Origin: an uncultured Erysipelotrichaceae bacterium
GTDB taxonomy: Bacteria > Bacillota_I > Bacilli_A > RFN20 > CAG-826
Reading direction: 5' to 3'
Assembly (NCBI GenBank): GCA_902803285.1
Contig: CADCPC010000069.1
Span: forward strand, 1-50,729
Length of the DNA: 50,729 bases
Within the stretch, counting starts at the first letter, position 1; each line of letters opens with the position of its first letter. This document shows positions 1 through 11,610 of this stretch, piece after piece. Made by a program: the position numbers and the translations under genes. A model generated the notes under the pieces. The model ran no database searches. It was not told where the DNA came from and saw only the letters and a program-made list of their open reading frames with translations.

Positions 1-1
1 A

Positions 2-733
2 GATAAAGAGATCATAGAAGCGAAAAAGGATGACGTTTATCGTGAGTATGGAGAAACCATCTATTCTTATTCTTATGACAAAGAGCTACTCAATAAATAT
101 ATCCAAGGCGAATTAAAAGATGTCTATGATCCTTTATTAACAATCAATGAAAACGCCAATAAGTTCTTCAAAAGATACAAGAAGAGCAAACGCACTATTG
201 AGATGGATTTATTAGAAAAAGAGAAGACTAGATTGGAGATTGAAGAAACAACATTCTCTATCAACTCTTTTGCCTATCTAAATGAAGACGAATTAAATGA
301 ATTATATAACAAATATTTCGCTCATAAATTAAACAAGCCTAAGAAAGTTAAAACTGATAAGAAAATGCCTTTTTATGTAGAATATAACGGGGTTCTGATT
401 GGTTTTGGCAAAAATGCTCAGCAAAACGAATACCTCACTTTCAAGAAGGCACACAAAGAAAATATATTCCTTCATATCGATAAAACATCTGGCAGTCATG
501 TTGTTATTTTTGACGATCATCCAACTAATGAAGTAATGCTTGTTGCTAGTGAAATCGCTCTTATCCTCTCAAATGAAATAGCAGGGGATATCAAATATTG
601 TCCAATTAAAGAAATAAAAAAAGGCAATTACGTTGGTAATGTCCTTATCAATTCATATAAGTTAATATCTTTAAGAAGCGTTAGAGAATCTACTTATTCA
701 TTACTCTCTAATCAAAAGAGATTTGATAAATAA
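2..733 (+). CDS. rqcH: C-terminal part of RqcH/FbpA-like NFACT-family protein (ribosome quality control / fibronectin-binding protein A-like); 5' end lies outside the window
   Basis: Frame 2 is open from the window edge into track ORF 203..733. NFACT-R/DUF814-like block 'IFLHIDKTSGSHVVIF' is present. Confidence 0.6.
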   Translation, partial: DKEIIEAKKDDVYREYGETIYSYSYDKELLNKYIQGELKDVYDPLLTINENANKFFKRYKKSKRTIEMDLLEKEKTRLEIEETTFSINSFAYLNEDELNELYNKYFAHKLNKPKKVKTDKKMPFYVEYNGVLIGFGKNAQQNEYLTFKKAHKENIFLHIDKTSGSHVVIFDDHPTNEVMLVASEIALILSNEIAGDIKYCPIKEIKKGNYVGNVLINSYKLISLRSVRESTYSLLSNQKRFDK

Positions 734-1252
734 CTATTTCTTTTCCTTATAAAGGAAATCCTCTCCTTTTCTAGCTTCATGAGTGGAAAGGTTATAGAAA
801 TTTTGTTGTCTTAATATTTCATAAGCCACTATTGCAACACAGTTAGACAAATTTAAACTTCGAGCGTTCGGCACCATCGGTAATCTTAATAGATGGTCTG
901 GATGCTCTTTTAATATTTCATGAGGTATACCAGTTGATTCTCTACCAAACATTACGAATATGTCTTTAATAATGTCATGAAAATCAAAAGAAGAATAAAC
1001 CTTATTAGAATAACGGGTAACATAGAATACTTCTTGATTAGGATAAGCCTTCAAAAAGGCATCATAATCTTCGAAATAGTTCATCTTTAAATCATCAATA
1101 TAGTCCATCCCTACTCTTTTTAAATCTTTACTATCGATAGAAAAAGTAAGAGGACCGACAATGTCTAAAATCGCGTTGATAGCAACGCAAGTGCGCATGA
1201 TATTCCCGGTATTTTGAGGCTTTTCTGGCCTATATAGCACAATATGTATCAT
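734..1252 (-). CDS. trmL: tRNA (cytidine/uridine-2'-O)-methyltransferase TrmL (SpoU/TrmH family)
   Basis: N-terminus 'MIHIVLYRPEKPQNTGNIMRTC' is the typical TrmL/YibK signature. About 170 aa. Its start overlaps the ppa stop (TAATG at 1250..1254). Confidence 0.8.
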   Translation of the reverse strand: MIHIVLYRPEKPQNTGNIMRTCVAINAILDIVGPLTFSIDSKDLKRVGMDYIDDLKMNYFEDYDAFLKAYPNQEVFYVTRYSNKVYSSFDFHDIIKDIFVMFGRESTGIPHEILKEHPDHLLRLPMVPNARSLNLSNCVAIVAYEILRQQNFYNLSTHEARKGEDFLYKEKK

Positions 1253-1812
1253 TAGTTTCTAGCGTTCTTTTCTGCTAGGTGTTTTGGTTCGATATTAAAT
1301 TTGTAAGCTTTGATACAATCCGCAATAATTTGTTTAGCAACTTCCACATCTTGCACTTCATCAATCGCTGTATCTTTGCCTTCTAGAGTTTTATAAACCG
1401 CGAAGAAGTGTTTAATTTCTTCCATGATGTGAGCAGGGATTTCAGTAATATTTTCAAAGCAAGAATAGAATGGATCATGTAAAGGAACCGCAATAATCTT
1501 TTCATCGAATAAGCCATTATCTTTCATGATTAAAACCCCGATTGGCTTACATTCAACAAATGACATTGGAATAATGCTTTCGCTACAAAGGATTAAAACA
1601 TCAAGAGGGTCATAATCTCTCGCATATGTTCTTGGGATAAAACCGTAATTTTGTGGATAGTGAGTGCTAGTGAAAAGAACACGGTCGAGAATCAAGTGAC
1701 CTGTTTCTTTGTCTAGTTCATATTTGTTTTTACTACCTTTTGAAATTTCCACTAATGCTAAAAAACGTTCTGGGGTAATTCTACTTGGTTTTACGTCGTG
1801 CCATGAATGCAT
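1252..1812 (-). CDS. ppa: Family I soluble inorganic pyrophosphatase
   Basis: 'YPQNYGFIPRTYARDYDPLDVLIL' matches the family I PPase active-site region. 186 aa. SD AAAGGAGAA lies upstream. Confidence 0.9.
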   Translation of the reverse strand: MHSWHDVKPSRITPERFLALVEISKGSKNKYELDKETGHLILDRVLFTSTHYPQNYGFIPRTYARDYDPLDVLILCSESIIPMSFVECKPIGVLIMKDNGLFDEKIIAVPLHDPFYSCFENITEIPAHIMEEIKHFFAVYKTLEGKDTAIDEVQDVEVAKQIIADCIKAYKFNIEPKHLAEKNARN

Positions 1813-1833
1813 ATATTTGTTCTCCTTTTATTA

Positions 1834-2234
1834 TTATAAATCTTCGTGAACTGAAATACGATTAAGAGCTCTTGCCAATGCGGCTTTAGCTCTTATAACA
1901 TCCGCATCTCCTTCTTTAATTCTCTTTTCTGCTCTATCTTTTGCTTTTTCAGCACGAGAGACATCAATCTCATCGCTTCTTTCGATAGAGTTGACTAAAA
2001 GCACTACTTTTGTGCCTTCTTTAATATTCATTAATCCGCCACCAACAGCGTATTTTAATGTTTCGCTACCGCTTTTAATAACTAACTTACAAATCTCAAT
2101 ATTAGTAATTAATGGGGCGTGATGAGGAAGAATACCTAAAACACCATTTCCACTTTTAATGCTTAAATAATCTGCGTCAGTAGAAAGATATTTGCCGTAT
2201 GGTGTAAGTATTTCAACATGAAAAACTTTTTCCA

Positions 2235-2235
<1 letters not shown>
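1834..2235 (-). CDS. atpC: F1 ATP synthase epsilon subunit
   Basis: 133 aa at the last position of the atp operon, with the typical beta-sandwich plus helical tail. TAATG overlap with atpD. Confidence 0.9.
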
Positions 2236-4498
<2,263 letters not shown>

Positions 4499-4506
4499 AG
4501 CGCTTT

Positions 4507-6024
4507 CTATTTGTATTCTTCGTTATAAAGTTCAGCAAATTCTTCGATAACTTCTTTGAGTTTGCCTTCAACTTGGGTTGTAATTTCCTTTTTGTTTTGG
4601 ATATCTTCTAATAGTTCTTTGTGTTTACTGGAAACATAATCATATGATTTAGCAAGATATTCACCGATCCTATTTCTATTTAAAGAATCTAAATACTTGT
4701 ACTTCGCCATAAATAGATAGAAGATTTCTTTATTTAATGGGTAAGGGTTATATTGATTTTGTTTCAATACTTGAAGCAAAGCTTCACCATGGTTAAGAAT
4801 TGCTTTAGTAGCATTATCTAAATCACTTCCAAATTGAGAGAATGATTTCATTTCTTCAAAGCTTGCTAAATCAATCTTTAAACTTCTTGCCACTTGCTTC
4901 ATTGCTTTAGTTTGAGCAGCCCCACCAACACGACTTACTGATAAGCCGGCATCAATAGCAGGTCTTTGACCAGCGTTGAATAAATCTGTAACCAAGAAGA
5001 TTTGTCCATCGGTGATGGAAATAACATTAGTAGGAATATAAGCAGAAATATCACCAGATTGAGTTTCAACAATTGGTAAAGCAGTAATTGATCCTCCACC
5101 ATATTCAGGGGCTAATTTACATGCTCTTTCAAGTAGTCTGCTATGGAGATAAAAGACATCTCCTGGGTAAGCCTCTCTACCAGGGCTTCTCTTCAAAAGA
5201 AGAGATAAAGTACGATAACTAACTGCATGTTTACTTAAATCATCATAAACTATTAAGACATCCTTACCTTGGTACATCCATTCTTCTGCAATTGCGCATC
5301 CTGAATAAGGTGCGACATATAGCATAGGAGCTGGCTCGCTTGCGGTTGCTGAAACCACTAAGGTATATTCCATAGCACCAAAACTCTTTAATTTATCAAC
5401 TATTTGAGCAACAGTTGAATTCTTTTGTCCAATTGCCACATAGATACATAAAACATCTTTGCCTTTTTGGTTGATGATTGTATCAATTGCAATTGCAGTT
5501 TTACCGGTTTGACGATCACCAATAATTAATTCTCTTTGTCCTCTACCGATAGGGGTAATGGCGTCAATCATTGTGATACCGGTTTCTAAAGGTGTGTCAA
5601 CACTCTTACGAGTGATAACTCCTGGAGCAATAACTTCAATTGGGCGACTCTTATTAGTGTCAATTGGTCCAAGTCCATCAATTGGTTGTCCTAAAGCGTT
5701 AACAACTCTTCCAAGCATATTATCGCCAACTGGGACTTCCATAACTCTCTTGGTACGTTTAACTTCGTCTCCCTCTTTAATAAGTGTGTCATCACCTAAT
5801 AAAACTGCACCAACATGGTCGCTTTCTAGATTCATGACAAGACCATAAATATCATTAGGGAATAGCAAAAGTTCGCCTAGCATTGCTTCTGATAAGCCAT
5901 ATACCAAAGCGATACCGTCTCCAACAGAGATAACTGTTCCAACATCACTACTATCTACTTTCTTTTCGTAGTTTTTAATTTGTTCTTTAATTAAAGCGCT
6001 GATTTCTTTTGAATTAATTTTCAT
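4507..6024 (-). CDS. atpA: F1 ATP synthase alpha subunit
   Basis: 'GDRQTGKT' Walker A and '[27 protein letters not shown]'. Confidence 0.97.
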   Translation of the reverse strand: MKINSKEISALIKEQIKNYEKKVDSSDVGTVISVGDGIALVYGLSEAMLGELLLFPNDIYGLVMNLESDHVGAVLLGDDTLIKEGDEVKRTKRVMEVPVGDNMLGRVVNALGQPIDGLGPIDTNKSRPIEVIAPGVITRKSVDTPLETGITMIDAITPIGRGQRELIIGDRQTGKTAIAIDTIINQKGKDVLCIYVAIGQKNSTVAQIVDKLKSFGAMEYTLVVSATASEPAPMLYVAPYSGCAIAEEWMYQGKDVLIVYDDLSKHAVSYRTLSLLLKRSPGREAYPGDVFYLHSRLLERACKLAPEYGGGSITALPIVETQSGDISAYIPTNVISITDGQIFLVTDLFNAGQRPAIDAGLSVSRVGGAAQTKAMKQVARSLKIDLASFEEMKSFSQFGSDLDNATKAILNHGEALLQVLKQNQYNPYPLNKEIFYLFMAKYKYLDSLNRNRIGEYLAKSYDYVSSKHKELLEDIQNKKEITTQVEGKLKEVIEEFAELYNEEYK

Positions 6025-6565
6025 AAGAATTGCCCTCCTTATTTAATAATGCACTCTTCATCTGCTCCAGATTATGTTTGAGTGAACCATCATAGATGTG
6101 GTCATTAATCACCACTTTAACCCCACCAATTAGGCTAGGATCAATAATATTTTTTAGTTCAATAGGATGGTTTTCTATTTTACTAATTGCAGCGGTTAGT
6201 TTTTCTAACTCTGCTTCTTTAATAGGTTCGGTAGAATACACTAAACCTTCTTTTACTCCACGGTACTCATTCACCAAAGAATTAAAATCTTCAAAAATAC
6301 CTAATAGATACAAAGCGCGATTATTTTCAATCACCACTTTTACTAGGTTTCTAATTTCCTCATCAACGGATACAAAGACTTTATCAACAGTGGAAATTCT
6401 TTCCTCTTTGCTGATATAAGATGAATCGAGAAGTACAGGAAAATTAGGATTATCTTTGATAATCTTAATCAACTCTTTAATCTCCTGTTGAGTTTCTAAT
6501 AGAGAATTAGATTCCTTCTTAAGAAGATAAAGTGCTTCTGCGTAACGTGAAGTTAGTTCATTCAT
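6014..6565 (-). CDS. atpH: F1 ATP synthase delta (OSCP) subunit
   Basis: 183 aa, N-terminal 'RYAEALY', placed between atpF and atpA. 11-nt overlap with atpA. Confidence 0.8.
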   Translation of the reverse strand: MNELTSRYAEALYLLKKESNSLLETQQEIKELIKIIKDNPNFPVLLDSSYISKEERISTVDKVFVSVDEEIRNLVKVVIENNRALYLLGIFEDFNSLVNEYRGVKEGLVYSTEPIKEAELEKLTAAISKIENHPIELKNIIDPSLIGGVKVVINDHIYDGSLKHNLEQMKSALLNKEGNSYEN

Positions 6566-6567
6566 TC

Positions 6568-7146
6568 TTAATTATCCTTTTTAATATCGTCGATGAATTC
6601 TTCGAGTAAACGGGTATTGTCACTAGAATTCACTTCTCTTCCAAGGAGTTCTTTGGAAGCATCTAGTGCGACAGAAACCATCTCTTTTCTGATTTCTTCT
6701 TTCGCATCTTCCTTCATTCTAGCGATATCGTTTTCAGCTTCTTTTTTCATCCTTTCAACTTCTAATGCAGTCTCATCGATAATTTTGTTTCTTTCCTTTT
6801 CTGCATCAGTTTTGGCTTCGGCAACGATATCCGCCGCCGTCCTGCTACTTGCGAGGACATTTGCTTTAGAAAGTTCTTCGTTTTCTTTCCACTTAGCTTT
6901 GCTTTCTTCGGCTTCTTTAATATTGCTTTCAATATATTCTTGTCTTTTTGTGACAATCTTTTTCACTGGTTTATACGCAAATACAAAGATAACTATAATA
7001 AGCACGATTAAAGCACCTAATTGAGTAACAAAACTGACCCAATTAGGAATTAGCTTGCTCGTAAAATCATCACTAGTGATGTTGATATCACAACCAGTAA
7101 GGAGAATAGCGAGCGGTAATAAGAAAACCAATCTTTTCTTCTTCAT
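6568..7146 (-). CDS. atpF: Fo ATP synthase b subunit with N-terminal lipoprotein signal
   Basis: Operon position. One TM helix followed by a long charged helix. N-terminal 'MKKKRLVFLLPLAILLTGC' lipobox. Confidence 0.8.
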   Translation of the reverse strand: MKKKRLVFLLPLAILLTGCDINITSDDFTSKLIPNWVSFVTQLGALIVLIIVIFVFAYKPVKKIVTKRQEYIESNIKEAEESKAKWKENEELSKANVLASSRTAADIVAEAKTDAEKERNKIIDETALEVERMKKEAENDIARMKEDAKEEIRKEMVSVALDASKELLGREVNSSDNTRLLEEFIDDIKKDN

Positions 7147-7157
7147 GCTTATCCTCC

Positions 7158-7376
7158 TTACTTTGCGACGAAAATGATTAAAATTGCGACTAATAATGCA
7201 TAGATAGCGGTTGTTTCAACAAGCGCACAAGCAAGAATCATGTTAGTACGTAACTTAGAATACATCTCTGGATTTCTGCTCATACCTTCTGCTGTTTTTG
7301 CACAAACCCATGCTTCACCAAGAGCGGATGGCATAACTGCTAAAATTGCAATTGCGGCTGCTAAGGCATTACCCAT
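7158..7376 (-). CDS. atpE: Fo ATP synthase c subunit (72 aa). The start is moved downstream of the track ORF to the ATG preceded by GGAGG.
   Basis: Hairpin protein 'MGNALAAAIA...RNPE...LVETTAIYALLVAIL'. SD GGAAGGAGG at 7384..7392 serves the ATG at 7376. The longer track ORF would overlap atpB. Confidence 0.85.
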   Translation of the reverse strand: MGNALAAAIAILAVMPSALGEAWVCAKTAEGMSRNPEMYSKLRTNMILACALVETTAIYALLVAILIIFVAK

Positions 7377-7377
7377 A

Positions 7378-8157
7378 TTAATTTCCTCCTTCCCTGACCA
7401 TTTCATATGTTTCATCTTCTTCTGGTCCTTCATTAGAAATGAATATCATGGTTAAGAACATGAATACACAAGTCTGAATTACTCCAGAGAAAAGATCAAA
7501 ATATGCGTGTAATATTGGGGTGATAAAAGGAGCGATAATTCCACCGACATGTAGTTGGCTATTATTAACGAAGTTAATAACAACACCACCTATAGAGTTG
7601 AATGCTCCATACACTAAGGTCATTAATGTCCACCCCGCTAATGCGTTACCAAATAAACGCATAGTTAAAGACAATAATGGAGCCCACATGGAGATTAAGT
7701 TGACCGGTAGGAAAAGAGGTACTGGTTCAACAAATCTCTTAAAATATTTCCACTTATTAAATCTCATCGCATTGATATGAATCATTGTGAAAGCGATAAG
7801 ACCTAATGATAGAGGGGTTGCTAAATAAGTAATTGGAGAAGGTAACCCAGTCAATCCCCAGATAAAGGAAATGAATAAATAGGCCGCGATACCCATGATA
7901 ACTCCACCAAAGTTGCGATATCTTTTACCCATCAACGATTCGGTGAGATTATCAAAGAAATTAACTCCAACCTCTACTAAAAAGAGAATACCTTTAGGCT
8001 TTTTGAGTGGGTCTGCAAATCTTGCTCTAATAGCCACATAAAAAGCCAGAAGGATCAAAATGCCCATCACCATTAAAGAAGATATGGTTTCACCAGATAG
8101 ACCACTTGATGTATCTAAAAACTGGCCGACGATATCAAAGCTTTTCTCTTCAGGCAT
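7378..8157 (-). CDS. atpB: Fo ATP synthase a subunit
   Basis: Polytopic 259 aa with the essential-Arg region 'LSLTMRLFGNALAGW'. Operon position. Confidence 0.88.
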   Translation of the reverse strand: MPEEKSFDIVGQFLDTSSGLSGETISSLMVMGILILLAFYVAIRARFADPLKKPKGILFLVEVGVNFFDNLTESLMGKRYRNFGGVIMGIAAYLFISFIWGLTGLPSPITYLATPLSLGLIAFTMIHINAMRFNKWKYFKRFVEPVPLFLPVNLISMWAPLLSLTMRLFGNALAGWTLMTLVYGAFNSIGGVVINFVNNSQLHVGGIIAPFITPILHAYFDLFSGVIQTCVFMFLTMIFISNEGPEEDETYEMVREGGN

Positions 8158-8172
8158 CTTTTCCTCCTTTTC

Positions 8173-8562
8173 TTATTTTTTGCTAATCAAATGAACGATA
8201 ACTGTGAAGATTATTGACACAGTGTACATCGCTACAAATGTAAATAAATTAAAGTAGACAAGGTTCCATCTGTAGTTCATGAATGCTATAAGGATAGATA
8301 TTCCTACAAGTAGAACCATTCTTAGAATGATAACGATAATAGAAAATGTTGTTCCATTTTTCTTATCATCTAGTTTTTCTCCCAATCCTGATAAAAGTAG
8401 TAAGCCCCCTGAAACCACTCCTCCTAAAACAAACCCAAGAGGAATATCTATATGTCCGTTAAAGAAGCAAAATAAGGACGCTAATAATGCCACTAAAGTA
8501 ACTGCAAAAGTACAAAATGCAATTACAAATGAATTAGGATATTTTTCTAAAAGTTTTCTCAT
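8173..8562 (-). CDS. AtpI/AtpZ-like small membrane protein (4 predicted TM helices)
   Basis: 129 aa, hydrophobic, immediately upstream of atpB. Assigned by position and topology only. Confidence 0.5.
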   Translation of the reverse strand: MRKLLEKYPNSFVIAFCTFAVTLVALLASLFCFFNGHIDIPLGFVLGGVVSGGLLLLSGLGEKLDDKKNGTTFSIIVIILRMVLLVGISILIAFMNYRWNLVYFNLFTFVAMYTVSIIFTVIVHLISKK

Positions 8563-9764
8563 TATTTGACTAAAACTTTCTTAAATTGAGCCATTGTGAC
8601 AATGCCATCTTTAGTAATAAGAGGAACTTCACCAACGATAAGAGGTGCGATGTAGTCTCTAAATTCTTGGCTCATTCTTGTATCATCAACCATCATAGAT
8701 GGTTTAATAACACTTTCAGCATTAGCGACTAATGATAAGTCTGCTAATTCAAGTTCAATCTTATATGGAGATTGGCTAACTCTTTTGAAGATAACCATCT
8801 TACCAGTTACGCCTTCTAATGCAGCCTGAACTGCTCTTTCACCAGTTCTAATAGCTTCTTCTCTATCAACTTTAGAGATTGCTAATGGGCATGCTCTTTG
8901 AGTTAAAGAGAATTCCACTGCTCTAGTTGGTAAATCGAGTCTATCTTCAATGATTTCGCATAATCCTGCAGCTGCACCACCAAGTTGAGCATGGCCAAAG
9001 CCATCAACTCTAGCGTTTTTGTTACTTCTTGGGAATTCAATTCCTTCAGAAATACAAACCATCGCATAGCCTTTTTCTTCATAAACCTTCTTAACATCGA
9101 CTAAGAATTTTTCTAAATCGAATTTCTTTTCAGGAATATAAATTAAATGTGGTCTTGTTGCTTCTGGTAATAAATCTGCAGCGGCTGTTAACCAACCAGC
9201 ATTTCTGCCCATAATTTCTACAACGTGAACTTTACCAACTTTGAAGCAGTTAGCGTCCATGCTTAATGCGTTGACTGTATTGATAACGAATTTAGCAGCG
9301 CTAGGGAAACCCAATGAGTGATCAGTACACGCTAAGTCGTTATCAATAGTTTTTGGAACACCAACAACTCTGACATCAAGATTTAATTCTTGGCATAATC
9401 CTGATAATTTGAAGCATGTATCCATAGAATCGTTTCCACCATTGACAAAAACGTATTTGATATCATGCTTTTTCATTGTTTCAACAATCTTCAAATAGAT
9501 TGGATCGTGAACATCTTTAGGAAGTTTTCTTCTGGTAGTACCTAAAATACTACCTGGAGTTTGGAGAAGAAGTTCGATTTGCTCTGGATCTTCTTGTCCA
9601 ATATCAATTAATTTGTCATCAATCATTCCTTCAATTCCATTTAATGAACCATAGATATGATCGATTTTATCTGGATGTCTTTGAGCTTCTTTAACAGCAC
9701 CATAGAATGAGGTGTTGATAACGCTTGTTGGACCACCAGATTGAATGTAAACCATGTTTTTCAT
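8562..9764 (-). CDS. pfp: 6-phosphofructokinase with PPi-dependent-type signature residues
   Basis: PFK family motifs 'IQSGGPTSVIN', 'NGGNDSMDT' (GGxDS) and 'PKTIDNDL'. Start set at ATG 9764 (MKNMVYIQSGG) with AAGGTAGG upstream; the track N-terminal extension was rejected. Confidence 0.8.
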   Translation of the reverse strand: MKNMVYIQSGGPTSVINTSFYGAVKEAQRHPDKIDHIYGSLNGIEGMIDDKLIDIGQEDPEQIELLLQTPGSILGTTRRKLPKDVHDPIYLKIVETMKKHDIKYVFVNGGNDSMDTCFKLSGLCQELNLDVRVVGVPKTIDNDLACTDHSLGFPSAAKFVINTVNALSMDANCFKVGKVHVVEIMGRNAGWLTAAADLLPEATRPHLIYIPEKKFDLEKFLVDVKKVYEEKGYAMVCISEGIEFPRSNKNARVDGFGHAQLGGAAAGLCEIIEDRLDLPTRAVEFSLTQRACPLAISKVDREEAIRTGERAVQAALEGVTGKMVIFKRVSQSPYKIELELADLSLVANAESVIKPSMMVDDTRMSQEFRDYIAPLIVGEVPLITKDGIVTMAQFKKVLVK

Positions 9765-9792
9765 GAAATTTGTACCTACCTTATCAGTTAAT

Positions 9793-9821
9793 ATTATCTT
9801 AAATATTAAGAAAATATTCAA
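9793..9821 (-). promoter_or_regulatory. Sigma-70-type promoter for the pfp-atp unit: TTGAAT-17-GATAAT
   Basis: On the minus strand, TTGAAT is at 9821..9816 and GATAAT at 9798..9793, with a 17-nt spacer and a 28-nt leader to ATG 9764. Confidence 0.5.
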
Positions 9822-9858
9822 GAAAAACAGGCCCCTTAACAACGCCGCTATCTTTCCT

Positions 9859-9887
9859 TTGCTAAATAACTTTTGATTATTTATAAT
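9859..9887 (+). promoter_or_regulatory. Sigma-70-type promoter TTGCTA-17-TATAAT for the TGS-uridine kinase gene
   Basis: TTGCTA 9859..9864 and TATAAT 9882..9887, with a 17-nt spacer. SD AAAGGAGA lies before ATG 9924. Confidence 0.55.
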
Positions 9888-9923
9888 AAGAGAGTATCTT
9901 GTTTTACAAAGAAAGGAGACTGT

Positions 9924-11564
9924 ATGTCATATACAATTACTTTTAAAGGCGAGAAAAAAGTCTTTGATAAACCAGTTAGTATTCTTGACATTGTCGGTAA
10001 TGACAAAACATATGTTTGTGCATATGTCAATGGACGTGTTAGAGAGTTAACTTATGTTATCGATAAAGACGCTAATGTTGTACCACTAACTGTGAAAGAC
10101 CGTGATGCAATGGCCACATATCAAGCAAGTTTAAGATTTGTCGTCGCAATGGCAATGAAGAGAATTCATCCAGAATTAGATATTCGTTTCTCTTATAACG
10201 TTAGCAGAGCAATCTTTATGCAAATCCTTAACCCAGGATATCAAACTAAACCAGGACTTGCTAATGAGCTTAAGGCTGAAATTGATAAAATTATCAAAGC
10301 GGACTATCCTCTAGTTCGTCACATCGTTTCTAAAGAGGAAGCAAAAGAAATCTTCGCTAAAGATGGTTATCAAGACAAGATTGATATTCTTGAATATCGT
10401 CCAGAAAAGACATGTCACATTTATGAATGTGATGGTTATAGAAACTATATGTATAATCGTATGGTGCCTTCTACTGGCTATATCACTGATTATTCATTAA
10501 AGTTCTATCACCCTGGAATTATCATTCAATATCCAAGACCAGAAGTCGGTGGCAAAATTCCACCATTTGAAGATTCTCCAAAATTCGGCAGAACCTTAAA
10601 AAGAGCTCACGAATGGGCAGTTGCTACTAGATTTGACTCTATCGTTGGCATCAACAAGAGAGTTGAACAAGATGGCGCAGTCGATGTCATCACACTAGGT
10701 GAGCAAAGACACAACCGTCAATTATGTGAATTAGGTAACATGATTGAGGAAGATAAGGACAACATCCGTTTAATTTGTATCGCTGGACCTTCTAGCTCAG
10801 GAAAAACAACATTCGCTAACAGATTGAGAATTGAATTATTATCTCGTGGTATTGATCCAATTCGTATCTCTTTAGATGATTACTACTTACCAAGAGAAGC
10901 AGCACCAAAAGATGAAAACGGTGAACCAGATTTAGAAGCAATCGACGCACTTGATGTTGAGCTATTTAACCAAAATATGTCAGATCTTATCGCTGGTGAA
11001 GAAGTTGAACTTCCAAAATTCGATTTCAAAGCTGGACATAGAGTGAAAGGCAGAACATTAAGAGTCCCTCTTGATCAACCTATCATTATTGAAGGTATTC
11101 ATGCTCTTAATGACAGAATGACCGAATCTATTCCTCAACACCAAAAATTCAAAATCTTTATCGCTCCGCAAGCTCAAATCAATATCGATAGTCACAACCC
11201 ACTATCACTTACAGACTTACGTTTGTTAAGAAGAATCGTGAGAGACTACCAATTTAGGGGAGCTTCCGCATTAGAGACAATGTCCATGTGGGCAAGCGTT
11301 AGAAAAGGTGAATTCAAATGGATTTACAACACCCAAGAAGGTGCAAACTATGTTTTCAACTCATTCTTACCAGAAGAATTATGTGTTATGAAAAAATACG
11401 CAATGCCTTTACTAAAGGCTATTGAAGTTGAAAACCCATACTTCCCAGTTGCTGAAAGATTAATCAGAATGCTTAAATTCTTCGATGACTTGTCAGATGA
11501 ATGGGTACCATGTAATTCCATCTTAAGAGAATTCATTGGTGGCAGCTGTTACGCTGACGTATAA
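9924..11564 (+). CDS. Uridine kinase/PRK-family P-loop kinase fused to an N-terminal TGS / ThrRS-N-like domain
   Basis: N-terminal beta-grasp-like 'YTITFKGEKKVFDKPVSILDIV...YVNGRVREL'. C-terminal half has Walker A 'IAGPSSSGKTTFANRL'. Start is at the ATG after AAAGGAGA. Confidence 0.7.
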   Translation: MSYTITFKGEKKVFDKPVSILDIVGNDKTYVCAYVNGRVRELTYVIDKDANVVPLTVKDRDAMATYQASLRFVVAMAMKRIHPELDIRFSYNVSRAIFMQILNPGYQTKPGLANELKAEIDKIIKADYPLVRHIVSKEEAKEIFAKDGYQDKIDILEYRPEKTCHIYECDGYRNYMYNRMVPSTGYITDYSLKFYHPGIIIQYPRPEVGGKIPPFEDSPKFGRTLKRAHEWAVATRFDSIVGINKRVEQDGAVDVITLGEQRHNRQLCELGNMIEEDKDNIRLICIAGPSSSGKTTFANRLRIELLSRGIDPIRISLDDYYLPREAAPKDENGEPDLEAIDALDVELFNQNMSDLIAGEEVELPKFDFKAGHRVKGRTLRVPLDQPIIIEGIHALNDRMTESIPQHQKFKIFIAPQAQINIDSHNPLSLTDLRLLRRIVRDYQFRGASALETMSMWASVRKGEFKWIYNTQEGANYVFNSFLPEELCVMKKYAMPLLKAIEVENPYFPVAERLIRMLKFFDDLSDEWVPCNSILREFIGGSCYADV

Positions 11565-11583
11565 TCGCCAAGTTAAAAAAAAT

Positions 11584-11610
11584 AAGGAGTGATAATCACT
11601 CCTTTTATTT
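11584..11610. terminator. Bidirectional intrinsic terminator between convergent genes
   Basis: 9-bp stem AAGGAGTGA / TCACTCCTT (11584..11592 / 11596..11604), flanked by an A-run upstream and a T-run downstream. Confidence 0.7.

Noticed and set aside
747-764. 7-bp hairpin TTTCCTT-ATAA-AAGGAAA just inside the 3' end of trmL, considered as a bidirectional terminator for the abutting rqcH/trmL pair.
   Set aside because: There is no adjacent U-run on either strand and the stem is AT-rich. It is too weak to call without 3'-end mapping.
6593-7024. 143-aa plus-strand ORF (Ser/Leu-rich) and 64-aa ORF 6762..6956 inside atpF. Similar antisense ORFs occur in atpG (4146..4445), atpA (5558..5848), atpH (6096..6419), atpB (7520..7780) and the atpI-like gene (8279..8569).
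   Set aside because: These are shadow ORFs opposite well-supported conserved genes. They have low-complexity composition, no SD and no recognisable motifs.
9765-9842. N-terminal extensions offered by the ORF track: pfp (9765..9842), atpE (7377..7433), udk-like gene (9873..9923), addA (15794..15802), membrane gene (32879..32971), proS (35065..35073), YitT (38108..38116), Trx-like gene (38220..38285), trpS (38-nt region 45538..45546), rluD (50558..50563).
   Set aside because: Several begin at GTG or TTG, overlap the upstream gene or promoter, and lack an SD. The downstream ATGs have SDs or match the conserved N-termini of the families.
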